From IMG/VR virus record IMGVR_UViG_2671180294_000014: 33,339 nt of DNA. One strand, 5' to 3'. The notes beneath the pieces are model-generated. The model was not told the origin of the DNA. It saw nothing but the letters and a program-made list of their open reading frames with translations, and searched no databases. A program made the translations under genes and the position numbers. The DNA comes from a virus (Duplodnaviria; Heunggongvirae; Uroviricota; Caudoviricetes). Shown in pieces: positions 1 through 8,759 of this stretch (the stretch's first letter is position 1; each line of letters begins with the position of its first letter).

Positions 1-1011
1 TTATAACGTCACTCCGCCTTTTAGTGGATTCAGAGCGACGGCATTTTGCAGATAGTCAGGCGCAAGGTGCGCATAGGCCATCGTCTGCTGAATGCTCGCA
101 TGTCCCAGAATCTGTTGCAGTGCGATTATATTGCCCCCATTCATCATGAAATGGCTTGCGAATGTATGCCGCAGGATGTGGGTTGCCTGATTGGGTGGTA
201 TATCAGGTTTCACTCTGCGTAAAATCCCGCAAAATTTCTCATAATCAACTTTGAATAATTTGGCGCTGGCCTCCTCTTTAACTTTTTTCTCCAGTTCCTC
301 AGAAATCGGCACGGTTCGCTTTTTACCGTTTTTGGTTTTCAGGAAGGTAACCCTGCAATTTGTAATCTGTGCTGGTTTTAGCGTGGCAACTTTCGTCCAT
401 CTTCCTCCAGTGCTCAGACATAAAAGCGCGACAAGTAAGTCATCACCAGCCAAAACATTTAACAGTTTTTCGATTTCTGCTTTTTCCAGGAACGTCATTT
501 CAGGGTTGGCCTCCGCCAGTGGCGGCAGTCCGTGAATTGGGTGTTGCCCGGAAAATTCATCCAATTGAATTAATTTTGTGAACATGCCGGATAATCTGTA
601 CATGTCACGGTTTATCGTTGCGGCACTGATACCATCACGTAGTCGCATGGAACGATAATCCATCAAAGCCCTTTTGCTCATCCTGCTCACTGGTATATCA
701 CCTATGCCGCTGATGGTTTTGAGTAGATGATTAAACTCTTTTGTTCCATGCTCGTGGTTTTGCCCGTGATATTTCCACCAGATGTCCAGCAACTCACTCA
801 AAGTCCGGCGGTCTGCTCGCTGGCCTCCCCATTCTTTCTGACTGGCATTGGCGATTGTGTATCGCTCAAATGCTAGTGCTTCAGCTTTTCTTTCGAATTT
901 CCTGCGGATGCGTTTTCCGTCGCGACCGCGAGGTCTAATGTCCACTTCATAGCGACCATCATCGAGCTTCTTAATTGCCATAAGAAAGCCCTCCGGCGCT
1001 GTATTCACCAT
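1..1011 (-). CDS. int: Phage integrase (tyrosine recombinase), P2 Int-like, 336 aa
   Basis: Full ORF ending at the window edge. The C-terminal catalytic region ...ATHILRHTFASHF...LGHASIQQTMAYAHL has the H-x-x-R and Tyr motifs of tyrosine recombinases. Its position next to the C repressor matches P2 organisation. Confidence 0.93.
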   Translation of the reverse strand: MVNTAPEGFLMAIKKLDDGRYEVDIRPRGRDGKRIRRKFERKAEALAFERYTIANASQKEWGGQRADRRTLSELLDIWWKYHGQNHEHGTKEFNHLLKTISGIGDIPVSRMSKRALMDYRSMRLRDGISAATINRDMYRLSGMFTKLIQLDEFSGQHPIHGLPPLAEANPEMTFLEKAEIEKLLNVLAGDDLLVALLCLSTGGRWTKVATLKPAQITNCRVTFLKTKNGKKRTVPISEELEKKVKEEASAKLFKVDYEKFCGILRRVKPDIPPNQATHILRHTFASHFMMNGGNIIALQQILGHASIQQTMAYAHLAPDYLQNAVALNPLKGGVTL

Positions 1012-1050
1012 CTTGGTAGCAAATGGTGAAAATGTAATCTTTATATAGAG

Positions 1051-1344
1051 TTAGCCAATCCTTTTCGCGGAGTGGTTGGACTCTGTTGACTCTGGCCCAA
1101 TGTGCGCGAGAGCCGGTGCGATTTGTCCTGCGTCCGGCGCGGTTTTATCTGTCATAAGCCATAGAGCATATTTTTGGAATGTGGGATGCATAGTGATTTT
1201 TAGCAAAGCTGTGCCACCGGGTTCAAAGTTTCCTCCTTCATATTTTTTAAGTGTGCTTAGCGGTAACTCTATGATTTCACAGAATTTTGATTGGCTTAGC
1301 CCTTCAGCCTCACGCAAGGCCTTAATCTTTTCGCTTAATTTCAT
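1051..1344 (-). CDS. C: Immunity repressor C (short HTH repressor, P2 C-like), 97 aa
   Basis: Small ORF divergent from cox. Its N-terminal HTH-like region is LSQSKFCEIIELPLSTLKKYEGG. The size and position match P2 C. Confidence 0.85.
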   Translation of the reverse strand: MKLSEKIKALREAEGLSQSKFCEIIELPLSTLKKYEGGNFEPGGTALLKITMHPTFQKYALWLMTDKTAPDAGQIAPALAHIGPESTESNHSAKRIG

Positions 1345-1374
1345 TTGACATGGTGCCTATATAGGGACTAAATT
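1345..1374 (+). promoter_or_regulatory. Candidate early promoter Pe: TTGACA (1345-1350), 18-nt spacer, TAAATT (1369-1374), reading towards cox
   Basis: The -35 consensus hexamer sits directly next to the C start codon. A -10-like hexamer lies 18 nt downstream. The arrangement resembles the P2 face-to-face Pe/Pc switch. Confidence 0.4.
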
Positions 1375-1404
1375 CCCTCAAAACTGGAACCTATATAGGT
1401 TCCA
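1356..1404. promoter_or_regulatory. Candidate C-repressor operators: palindrome CCTATATAGG occurs twice (1356-1365, and 1390-1399 inside the perfect 18-bp palindrome GGAACCTATATAGGTTCC at 1387-1404), 35 bp centre to centre
   Basis: Read directly from the sequence. One copy lies in the spacer of the candidate Pe and the other just downstream. Paired operators flanking and overlapping Pe are expected for a P2-type switch. Confidence 0.55.
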
Positions 1405-1426
1405 TTGATTTGAGAATAAACCAGCG

Positions 1427-1451
1427 TCTAAACGGTTTTGAGTGGTTTAGA
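1427..1451. repeat. Inverted repeat TCTAAAC-N11-GTTTAGA just upstream of cox. It is a possible Cox or regulator site, or an RNA hairpin.
   Basis: Seven-bp perfect arms at 1427-1433 and 1445-1451. Confidence 0.3.
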
Positions 1452-1465
1452 AAGGGCTGGATCCT

Positions 1466-1753
1466 ATGAGGGTACCATATATGGACGCTGAAAATTATGT
1501 GATTCAGTATCCGCTTGATGCGGTTCATGTGGATAAATTTGCTGATTTATTAGGGAAGCCAAAGACAGCCGTCAGTGAAATGGTGAAGGCAAATAAATTA
1601 CCAATTATTGAATTGCGTGATCCTTGCAAACCGAAGGCTCGTGCCGGTGAAAAATGGGTTTTCATTCCTGAGTTTAATCGCGCTGTACGTGAGGCGTTTT
1701 ATAACCGACCGGTTGAACAGCGTGATGCATGGCTTTTGTGGATGGGGTTGTGA
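1466..1753 (+). CDS. cox: Cox-like excisionase and transcriptional repressor, 95 aa
   Basis: First gene of the rightward early operon, divergent from C. An AAGGG Shine-Dalgarno lies 9 nt upstream. The protein resembles P2 Cox/Apl-type proteins (…KLPIIELRDP…AGEKWVFIPEFN…). Confidence 0.85.
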   Translation: MRVPYMDAENYVIQYPLDAVHVDKFADLLGKPKTAVSEMVKANKLPIIELRDPCKPKARAGEKWVFIPEFNRAVREAFYNRPVEQRDAWLLWMGL

Positions 1754-1755
1754 TT

Positions 1756-1926
1756 ATGAATGAGCCGCGTTGTATTGCTCAGTTATTGCGTAACGAAAGC
1801 CCTAGGGCGATTGACTTCACCATCACCCACGGGAAGGGTCGCAAGGGAATCATTATCCGCACCAAAAAACAGAGTCCGTTAAAAAAGGCTCTGACCTTTC
1901 TGAAAAGCCGGAGGGTCTGGAAATGA
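1756..1926 (+). CDS. Small hypothetical early protein (P2 orf78 position), 56 aa, with the internal start MNEPRC
   Basis: The ATG lies 2 nt after the cox stop. The 1729 start of the ORF track overlaps cox and is less likely. Confidence 0.45.
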   Translation: MNEPRCIAQLLRNESPRAIDFTITHGKGRKGIIIRTKKQSPLKKALTFLKSRRVWK

Positions 1927-2423
1927 CAGTGATGACGCTCAATCTCGTCGAAAAACAGCCAGCAGCTATGCGCCGGATAATTGGTAAGCATCTTGCCGTC
2001 CCTCGTTGGCAGGATACATGTGATTATTATAATCAGATGATGGAGCGCGAACGGCTAACAGTTTGCTTTCATGCGCAGTTAAAACAACGTCACGCAACGA
2101 TGCGTTTTGAAGAAATGAACGACGTCGAACGTGAACGGCTGGTTTGTGCAATTGATGAATTGCGTGGGGCATTCTCAAAACGCCGTCAGGTTGGCGCAAG
2201 TGAGTATGCATATATTAGTTTTTTAACAGTCAGTCAGCGTCGTACTTTATTTATGCATGCCGGATTGACTGAAAAAGAATTCAATCAGCCATACTGGCGA
2301 ATTAATGAAGAGTCATGTTACTGGCGTGATGCTTTATTCCGTGCATTACGTGAACTATTCAGTCTGTTTGAGTATGCACCGACAATTCTGACGTCGGTAA
2401 AACCAGAGCAATATTTGCATTAA
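1923..2423 (+). CDS. B: Replication protein B (helicase-loader-like), 166 aa
   Basis: MTVMTLNLVEKQPAAMRRIIGKHLAVPRWQDTCDYYNQMMERERL matches the P2 gpB N-terminus and length. Confidence 0.9.
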   Translation: MTVMTLNLVEKQPAAMRRIIGKHLAVPRWQDTCDYYNQMMERERLTVCFHAQLKQRHATMRFEEMNDVERERLVCAIDELRGAFSKRRQVGASEYAYISFLTVSQRRTLFMHAGLTEKEFNQPYWRINEESCYWRDALFRALRELFSLFEYAPTILTSVKPEQYLH

Positions 2424-2453
2424 ATAATTAACCAGAGTTTTTAACGCACTTAA

Positions 2454-2711
2454 TTGTGCGGGGCTTCTTTTTGCCTGGAGAAAGTCATGCATACAGTTTC
2501 TGAAAATCAGTGCGGTAAATACGCATTACTGCTGCAACAGGCCAGAACCGAAGCACAGGCCGACGCTGCGACGCGCTTTTCTTCTCATCTTGACGCCATG
2601 ATTCGCCATATCACAAAGGCGGAGTTATCCCGCGTGGAGATAGTCGAGCTGCTCAGTCAGGAGTCGGAAAAATTTCACAATATCGGATTGTCTCGCGGGG
2701 AGGTGCTTTGA
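2454..2711 (+). CDS. Hypothetical early protein (P2 orf80 position), 85 aa
   Basis: ORF lying between B and A in the early operon. Confidence 0.6.
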   Translation: MCGASFCLEKVMHTVSENQCGKYALLLQQARTEAQADAATRFSSHLDAMIRHITKAELSRVEIVELLSQESEKFHNIGLSRGEVL

Positions 2712-3010
2712 TGTCCTGTTCTCATTCAGTTGTATTACTGAATAACGCCTTAAAAATCGCCGTTATGAAAAATGGCGACTTGTCTCTTATTCAACTTTGT
2801 CTTGATAAAGAAAAACGCGACATCACTGAATCTGTTATCGCGATTTATCAGAATGAATTAAACCTCCTGTCTGATGTGGTCAATTTACTTGTTAAACGCG
2901 CTGTATTCCACAAGCAAATTTCCTCAGTGGATGAACTGACAAAATTAACGACAGAACTTGCCAGTTATTGCGCTGATGTATCCAGGAAACTTAACGATAA
3001 AAGGAGCTGA
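2708..3010 (+). CDS. Hypothetical early protein (P2 orf81 position), 100 aa
   Basis: ORF whose start overlaps the previous stop. Confidence 0.6.
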   Translation: MMSCSHSVVLLNNALKIAVMKNGDLSLIQLCLDKEKRDITESVIAIYQNELNLLSDVVNLLVKRAVFHKQISSVDELTKLTTELASYCADVSRKLNDKRS

Positions 3011-3012
3011 TA

Positions 3013-3237
3013 ATGCCGGACAACATAGATTTTATTCAGGAACAACAGGCTGAATTACTGGAGCGCCAGATTAACGCGGCAAGGGTAAAACATTGCGGTG
3101 CTTCTGCGCTGGTTTGCGAAGAGTGTGACGCGCCAATTCCTGCTGCCCGTCGTGCGGCTTATCCGTCAGCCACGCGTTGTGTTTCCTGTCAGTCAGTCTT
3201 TGAAGCAAAAAACAAACATTACCGGAGAACGGCATGA
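3013..3237 (+). CDS. TraR/DksA-family C4 zinc-finger protein (P2 orf82-like), 74 aa
   Basis: CEEC...CVSC four-cysteine motif. Confidence 0.8.
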   Translation: MPDNIDFIQEQQAELLERQINAARVKHCGASALVCEECDAPIPAARRAAYPSATRCVSCQSVFEAKNKHYRRTA

Positions 3238-3509
3238 GTATTCGTATTGAAATTGGCGAACGTTATGTCGTTACCAGTGACAGCTTCCAGTTTATTCTCC
3301 ACGAGAAAAAGAGAGCGGAAAGCGGTAAAAACGCCGGTCAGGAATGGCTGGCGGTGGTTGGTTATTACCCGAAATTAAGCCAGCTCGTTTCCGGCCTGAT
3401 GCATCACGATATTCTGACCGGAAGCGCAAAGTCTTTTGCTGATTTAAACGCGCAGGTTGAGCAACTCAGCAAGCGTTGTTCAGAGGCTTTTGGCTCATAT
3501 GGCCGTTAA
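3234..3509 (+). CDS. Hypothetical early protein (P2 orf83 position), 91 aa
   Basis: ORF with overlapping stops and starts. Confidence 0.55.
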   Translation: MSIRIEIGERYVVTSDSFQFILHEKKRAESGKNAGQEWLAVVGYYPKLSQLVSGLMHHDILTGSAKSFADLNAQVEQLSKRCSEAFGSYGR

Positions 3510-5796
3510 AGCCTCCGGGCGTTTTGTCCCTCCGTCAGCATTTGCTGCAGGCACCGGTAAGGCGTTTACCGGTGCTTATGCATGGAACGCGCCACGCGAG
3601 GCTGTCGGGCGCGAAAGACCCCTTACACGTGACGAGATGCGTCAGGTGCAAGGTGTTTTATCCACGATTAACCGCCTGCCTTACTTTTTGCGCTCGCTGT
3701 TTACGTCACGCTATGACTACATCCGGCGCAATAAAAGCCCGGTGCACGGGTTTTATTTCCTCACATCCACTTTTCAGCGTCGTTTATGGCCGCGCATTGA
3801 GCGTGTGAATCAGCGCCATGAAATGAACACCGACGCGTCGATGCTGTTTCTGGCTGAGCGTGACCACTATGCGCGCCTGCCGGGAATGAATGACAAGGAG
3901 CTGAAAAAGTTTGCCGCCCGTATCTCATCGCAGCTTTTCATGATGTATGAGGAACTCAGCGATGCCTGGGTGGATGCGCATGGCGAAAAAGAATCGCTGT
4001 TTACGGATGAGGCGCAGGCTCACCTCTATGGTCATGTTGCTGGCGCTGCACGTGCTTTCAATATTTCCCCTCTCTACTGGAAAAAATACCGTAAAGGACA
4101 GATGACCACGAGGCAGGCATATTCTGCCATTGCCCGTCTGTTTAACGATGAGTGGTGGATTAGTCAGCTTAAAGGCCAGCGTATGCGCTGGCATGAGGCG
4201 TTACTGATTGCTGTCGGGGAGGTCAATAAAGACCGTTCTCCTTATGCCAGTAAACATGCCATTCGTGATGTGCGTGCACGCCGCCAGGCAAATCTGGAAT
4301 TTCTTAAATCGTGTGATCTCGAAAACAGGGAAACAGGCGAGCGCATCGACCTTATCAGTAAGGTGATGGGCAGTATTTCTAATCCTGAAATTCGCCGGAT
4401 GGAGCTGATGAACACCATTGCCGGTATTGAGCGTTACGCCGCCGCAGAAGGTGATGTGGGGATGTTTATCACGCTGACCGCGCCGTCAAAGTATCACCCG
4501 ACACGTCAGGTTGGAAAAGGCGAAAGTAAAACCGTCCAGCTAAATCACGGCTGGAACGATGAGGCATTTAATCCAAAGGATGCGCAGCGTTATCTCTGCC
4601 GTATCTGGAGCCTGATGCGCACGGCATTCAAGGATAATGATTTACAGGTCTACGGTTTGCGAGTCGTCGAGCCACACCACGACGGAACGCCGCACTGGCA
4701 TATGATGCTTTTTTGTAATCCACGCCAGCGTAACCAGATTATCGAAATCATGCGTCGCTACGCGCTCAAAGAGGATGGCGACGAAAGAGGAGCTGCGCGA
4801 AACCGTTTTCAGGCAAAACATCTTAATCGGGGCGGTGCTGCGGGGTATATCGCGAAATACATCTCAAAAAATATCGACGGCTATGCACTGGATGGGCAGC
4901 TCGATAACGATAGCGGCAGACCGCTGAAAGATACTGCCGCGGCTGTTACCGCATGGGCGTCAACGTGGCGCATTCCGCAATTTAAAACGGTTGGCCTGCC
5001 GACAATGGGGGCTTACCGTGAACTACGCAAATTGCCTCGCGGCGTCAGCATTGCTGATGAGTTTGACGAGCGCGTCGAGGCTGCACGCGCCGCCGCAGAC
5101 AGTGGTGATTTTGCGCTGTATATCAGCGCGCAGGGTGGGGCAAATGTCCCGCGCGATTGTCAGACTGTCAGGGTCGCCCGTAGTCCGTCGGATGAAGTTA
5201 ACGAGTACGAGGAAGAAGTCGAGAGAGTGGTCGGCATTTACGCGCCGCATCTCGGCGCGCGTCATATTCATATCACCAGAACGACGGACTGGCGCATTGT
5301 TCCGAAAGTGCCGGTCGTTGAGCCTTTGACTTTAAAAAGCGGCATCGCCGCGCCTCGGAGTCCTGTCAATAACTGTGGAAAGCTCACTGGTGGTGATACT
5401 TCGTTACCGGCTCCCACACCTTCTGAGCACGCCGCAGCAGTGCTTAATCTGGTAGATGACGGTGTTATCGAATGGAATGACCCGGAGGTTGTGAGGGCGC
5501 TCAGAGGTGCATTAAAACACGGACTGAGAAGACCAAACCGTCAGCAAAGAAACGGAAGCCCGTTAAAACCGCATGAAATAGCGCCATCGGCCAGACTGAC
5601 CCGGTCGGAACGAATGCAAATTACCCGTATCCGCGTTGACCTTGCTCAGAACGGTATCAGGCCGCAGCGATGGGAGCTTGAGGTGCTGGCGCGTGGGGCA
5701 ACCGTAAATTATGACGGGAAAAAATTCACTTACCCGCTCGCTGATGAGTGGTCGGGATTCTCAACAGTATTAGAGTCAAACTCAGTGAAGCGTTAA
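3499..5796 (+). CDS. A: Replication initiation endonuclease A (rolling-circle, P2 gpA-like), about 765 aa
   Basis: Large ORF containing the rolling-circle Rep active-site motif YIAKYISKNIDG with paired tyrosines. The likely start is MAVKASGRF at 3499, with an AGAGG Shine-Dalgarno. The ORF is open from 3457. Confidence 0.92.
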   Translation: MAVKASGRFVPPSAFAAGTGKAFTGAYAWNAPREAVGRERPLTRDEMRQVQGVLSTINRLPYFLRSLFTSRYDYIRRNKSPVHGFYFLTSTFQRRLWPRIERVNQRHEMNTDASMLFLAERDHYARLPGMNDKELKKFAARISSQLFMMYEELSDAWVDAHGEKESLFTDEAQAHLYGHVAGAARAFNISPLYWKKYRKGQMTTRQAYSAIARLFNDEWWISQLKGQRMRWHEALLIAVGEVNKDRSPYASKHAIRDVRARRQANLEFLKSCDLENRETGERIDLISKVMGSISNPEIRRMELMNTIAGIERYAAAEGDVGMFITLTAPSKYHPTRQVGKGESKTVQLNHGWNDEAFNPKDAQRYLCRIWSLMRTAFKDNDLQVYGLRVVEPHHDGTPHWHMMLFCNPRQRNQIIEIMRRYALKEDGDERGAARNRFQAKHLNRGGAAGYIAKYISKNIDGYALDGQLDNDSGRPLKDTAAAVTAWASTWRIPQFKTVGLPTMGAYRELRKLPRGVSIADEFDERVEAARAAADSGDFALYISAQGGANVPRDCQTVRVARSPSDEVNEYEEEVERVVGIYAPHLGARHIHITRTTDWRIVPKVPVVEPLTLKSGIAAPRSPVNNCGKLTGGDTSLPAPTPSEHAAAVLNLVDDGVIEWNDPEVVRALRGALKHGLRRPNRQQRNGSPLKPHEIAPSARLTRSERMQITRIRVDLAQNGIRPQRWELEVLARGATVNYDGKKFTYPLADEWSGFSTVLESNSVKR

Positions 5797-5882
5797 CTCA
5801 ATAAATATGAGTTTATAAGTTAGGCCTCGAGATTTTGTAGAAAGGGATGTATACTGAGTATCGTATAGATTTGGAGTGAGTG

Positions 5883-6905
5883 ATGACTGTAAAGGTGATA
5901 GACCTTTTTTGTGGTGCTGGCGGATTAACTCATGGTTTGCAGCTTGCGGGGCTTGATGTCGTTGCAGGCATTGACCTTGAGGGGGAATGTAGGTTTCCCT
6001 ATGAAAGAAACAATAAATCTAAGTTTATTGAGCAAGATATCGCTAAAGTAACAAAAGAGGAACTGCTGAGGCTTTATGGTGATGCGTCTGTAAAAGTATT
6101 GGCAGGATGCGCACCTTGCCAACCTTTTTCAAAATATACTCAAGGAAAAGATAAGGCTGATGATAAAAAATGGCCTCTTCTTTATGAGTTCGAACGTTTA
6201 ATTCGCGAAGTATCTCCAGAAATCGTAACAATGGAGAACGTTCCTGATGTAACTAAACATAAAGTTTATAATGATTTTTATAATTCATTGTTAAAGTTGG
6301 GCTATTATGTTTGGGCGTCTAAGATTGATTGTGTCGAATATGGAATCCCACAAAACCGTTCCCGTCATGTATTGTTGGCCTCAAAATTGGGGGCGATTGA
6401 GTTAGTAAAACGTGACGATGTTATTTTGAAAACAGTTAGAGATGCAATAGGAAATCTTCCTCCATTAGAAGATGGCCAAACAGATCCAAATGATATATTA
6501 CATAGAGCCAGTAAATTAAATCCGATTAATAAAAAAAGAATTATACACTCTGTTCCTGGTGGTACATGGAAGGACTGGCCGAAAGAGTTGGTTGCCGCTT
6601 GTCATATGAAATCCAGCGGTAAAGGGTATGCTAGTGTATATGGGCGCATGTCTTGGGATAAGCCAAGTCCAACAATTACAACTCTTTGTTATGGTTTCGG
6701 GAATGGGCGTTTTGGACATCCAGAACAGCATAGAGCGATTTCTCTTAGAGAGGCTGCTTTATTGCAAACTTTCCCGATGGATTATATTTTTGTAGAAGAC
6801 AAAAACAAGTTTGTTATAAGAAGTATTGGGAAAATGATAGGTAATGCTGTTCCTGTGGAACTAGGAAAAGCAATTGGGCAATCAATCAAGAACCATTTAG
6901 AATGA
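5883..6905 (+). CDS. DNA (cytosine-5)-methyltransferase, 340 aa, hotspot cargo
   Basis: The m5C-MTase motifs are all present: I DLFCGAGG, IV GCAPCQPFS (catalytic PCQ), VI MENVPDV, VIII QNRSRHVLLAS, and X IGNAVPV. A GGAG Shine-Dalgarno lies 6-7 nt before the ATG (the ORF track starts at a GTG at 5880). The gene is visibly AT-rich compared with the phage backbone. Confidence 0.92.
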   Translation: MTVKVIDLFCGAGGLTHGLQLAGLDVVAGIDLEGECRFPYERNNKSKFIEQDIAKVTKEELLRLYGDASVKVLAGCAPCQPFSKYTQGKDKADDKKWPLLYEFERLIREVSPEIVTMENVPDVTKHKVYNDFYNSLLKLGYYVWASKIDCVEYGIPQNRSRHVLLASKLGAIELVKRDDVILKTVRDAIGNLPPLEDGQTDPNDILHRASKLNPINKKRIIHSVPGGTWKDWPKELVAACHMKSSGKGYASVYGRMSWDKPSPTITTLCYGFGNGRFGHPEQHRAISLREAALLQTFPMDYIFVEDKNKFVIRSIGKMIGNAVPVELGKAIGQSIKNHLE

Positions 6906-6911
6906 TAAAAT

Positions 6912-6928
6912 GGCCTGCTTTACAGGCC
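6912..6928. terminator. Bidirectional hairpin terminator GGCCTG-cttta-CAGGCC between the convergent MTase and HEPN genes
   Basis: Six-bp GC stem flanked by an A-run on one side and T residues on the other. Confidence 0.6.
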
Positions 6929-6934
6929 TTATAA

Positions 6935-7615
6935 CTATTGTTCTAAATATTCATTATTATTTATATAGTGCTCTATATTATTCACGATAGCATCAAGATA
7001 GGCGATTACTTCTAATGAAATATTCTCTAAGTCCTGATATGAAACATTTTTTCCAATCTCAGCAAATGATACATTGCCATGAGATAAATCATTACGATGT
7101 TGTTTAACAGTGGCTAATTTTTCACCATGTTTAGTGTGAGTGTAATCGGAATGTGTAGAAAAACCATATATTTTCGATTTTTCTTTGATTTCCTCTCTAT
7201 CAATATTTCCTGAGAATATTTTCTTTTTGTTGAACGTGCCATAAGATATACCGCAAGATATACCTTTGGTAAGGTGATTAACTAAACTTTCAACATTTAC
7301 AGATTCATTTTTTAATCTTTTTAATATTTCTGACCTGAGATTTTTCCTGAGTTTGTCAAATTCTACGTTTCTATCATAAATAGTCTCATGAATAAGGCAG
7401 ATAGCTTCTCTCATTGTTGATTCAATGAGGTTATATAACAGTATATATACTGCTCCCTTTAGAGTTTTTCGTGATTGAGCAGTAATGGAGAACTTATGTT
7501 CTTTATCATCAGCTGATATCAGTTCTGCACCGGCATACTCAATAAATTTCAAAAGATCCAAATAGGCCAAGATCTCTCCTGACCTTTCGTCAAAATCCTC
7601 ACGAAAACGATCCAT
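6935..7615 (-). CDS. HEPN-like (putative RNase) protein, 226 aa, downstream partner of the DUF262 gene
   Basis: KQHRNDLSHG contains an R-x4-H HEPN-type motif near the C-terminus. The size is typical of small stand-alone HEPN proteins. The gene is AT-rich. It is translationally coupled to the upstream gene (…GAT TAA C ATG, with GAGGA Shine-Dalgarno). Confidence 0.55.
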   Translation of the reverse strand: MDRFREDFDERSGEILAYLDLLKFIEYAGAELISADDKEHKFSITAQSRKTLKGAVYILLYNLIESTMREAICLIHETIYDRNVEFDKLRKNLRSEILKRLKNESVNVESLVNHLTKGISCGISYGTFNKKKIFSGNIDREEIKEKSKIYGFSTHSDYTHTKHGEKLATVKQHRNDLSHGNVSFAEIGKNVSYQDLENISLEVIAYLDAIVNNIEHYINNNEYLEQ

Positions 7616-7616
7616 G

Positions 7617-8759
7617 TTAATCCTCTAATAATTTATCCCGAACATATTCAATTCGTTCAATTACCTTCACGCGACTATTAGCTCCGTCGGAAGTGGTCAA
7701 TCGTTTGAATTCTTCTGAGCTTAGCCAATCTAAGTTCTTGGGAACAAGGTCAGGGACTTCACGTAATGCAAGTGCTGCGCCAACAGCGAGAGATTCGAAT
7801 CTAACTCGAGGTGTAGATTTTGCAGTAATAGTTTTCTTGAATCCTGCTGGGAAATAGTTTTCAACAAAAGATAGAACATTAGCAAACTCTTGTTTCATTG
7901 AGTTTTGTTTAGTTTCGTCTATATCTCGATTTTCTGACATATAGTCATTTAGAAAATCCCGTACGGAATGATCAAAGTTCTTGTACTTATCTACGTAGGC
8001 AAAGAATCTTAATGTAAATTCTAACCGTTCATCTCGTTTTTCTTTAGTCTGAGATAAAGGTGCTAATTCTTTAAATTTAGGTATTGTTGAGCATGGCTTA
8101 ATAACCTGTGTATATAAATTTGTTGAACCAAGTTCTGATCCTTTACGGACTTCCATATCTTTCAATATATCGCTGCCAGAGTTAATACGCTCAAAAAGAT
8201 CTCTACGGGTTTCTTCATTGCATTTAGAACTCAATTCTATAACGCGGACAGGAATTCTCATGAAACGACGTTGACGTGATAATGGTAAATCTTGGAATTT
8301 GAAACCATTAAGGACGTCTAAAGATTTCAGGTCTTGTAAAACTAATTCATTTTGGATAAAAGCGTGTATAGTCCTAACTCGTTGTGAGCCATCAACAATC
8401 TCAATTCGCCCATCTAAATCGGGATCTTCGGAGAGAACATCTGCTATAAATATATATGGTATAGGAAAACCCAAAATCAAAGACTCTATCAATTTTGATT
8501 GTCTTTTTTCACTCCAAACAAAATCCCTTTGATAATCAGGAACAAAGAGTTCGTTAGTATCATCCTCTAATCCGTTATGATACTTATTAACTAATAACTC
8601 AACGGTAAATTCTTTGGTCTCAAAATCCACATCCTTTTGCTCAGCACGAATTTGCTCTTCAGCGTTTTGCTTTATCACCTCTAGCTGAGCAAGCAACTCT
8701 GCTCTTTTCTTGGCATTATCTTCATTTTCTAGTTGAGATTTTAAATCAATAATGTCCAT
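7617..8759 (-). CDS. DUF262 (GmrS/ParB-like NTPase-nuclease fold) protein, about 380 aa, with an N-terminal coiled-coil
   Basis: Hallmark DUF262 motifs are FVPDYQRDFVWS and IEIVDGSQRVRT (DGQQR-type). The first ATG is at 8759, with an AAGGGA Shine-Dalgarno 7 nt upstream. The ORF track extends to a TTG at 8777. Confidence 0.85.
   Translation of the reverse strand: MDIIDLKSQLENEDNAKKRAELLAQLEVIKQNAEEQIRAEQKDVDFETKEFTVELLVNKYHNGLEDDTNELFVPDYQRDFVWSEKRQSKLIESLILGFPIPYIFIADVLSEDPDLDGRIEIVDGSQRVRTIHAFIQNELVLQDLKSLDVLNGFKFQDLPLSRQRRFMRIPVRVIELSSKCNEETRRDLFERINSGSDILKDMEVRKGSELGSTNLYTQVIKPCSTIPKFKELAPLSQTKEKRDERLEFTLRFFAYVDKYKNFDHSVRDFLNDYMSENRDIDETKQNSMKQEFANVLSFVENYFPAGFKKTITAKSTPRVRFESLAVGAALALREVPDLVPKNLDWLSSEEFKRLTTSDGANSRVKVIERIEYVRDKLLED

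Noticed and set aside
3457-3498. Earlier start for replication gene A at 3457
   Set aside because: It would overlap the preceding orf by 53 nt. The Met at 3499 has an AGAGG Shine-Dalgarno and matches the expected gpA N-terminus. The ORF is, however, open from 3457, so this is not fully excluded.
5880-5882. GTG start for the methyltransferase as given by the ORF track
   Set aside because: The ATG at 5883 with GGAG 6-7 nt upstream is the more plausible initiation codon.
6935-7615. GmrD / DUF1524 His-Me finger DNase partner for the DUF262 protein (canonical split GmrSD)
   Set aside because: No EHIxP…N…N His-Me motif is found. The only conserved-looking catalytic signature is the Rx4H (HEPN-like) motif. 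The protein is therefore called HEPN-like, with moderate confidence.
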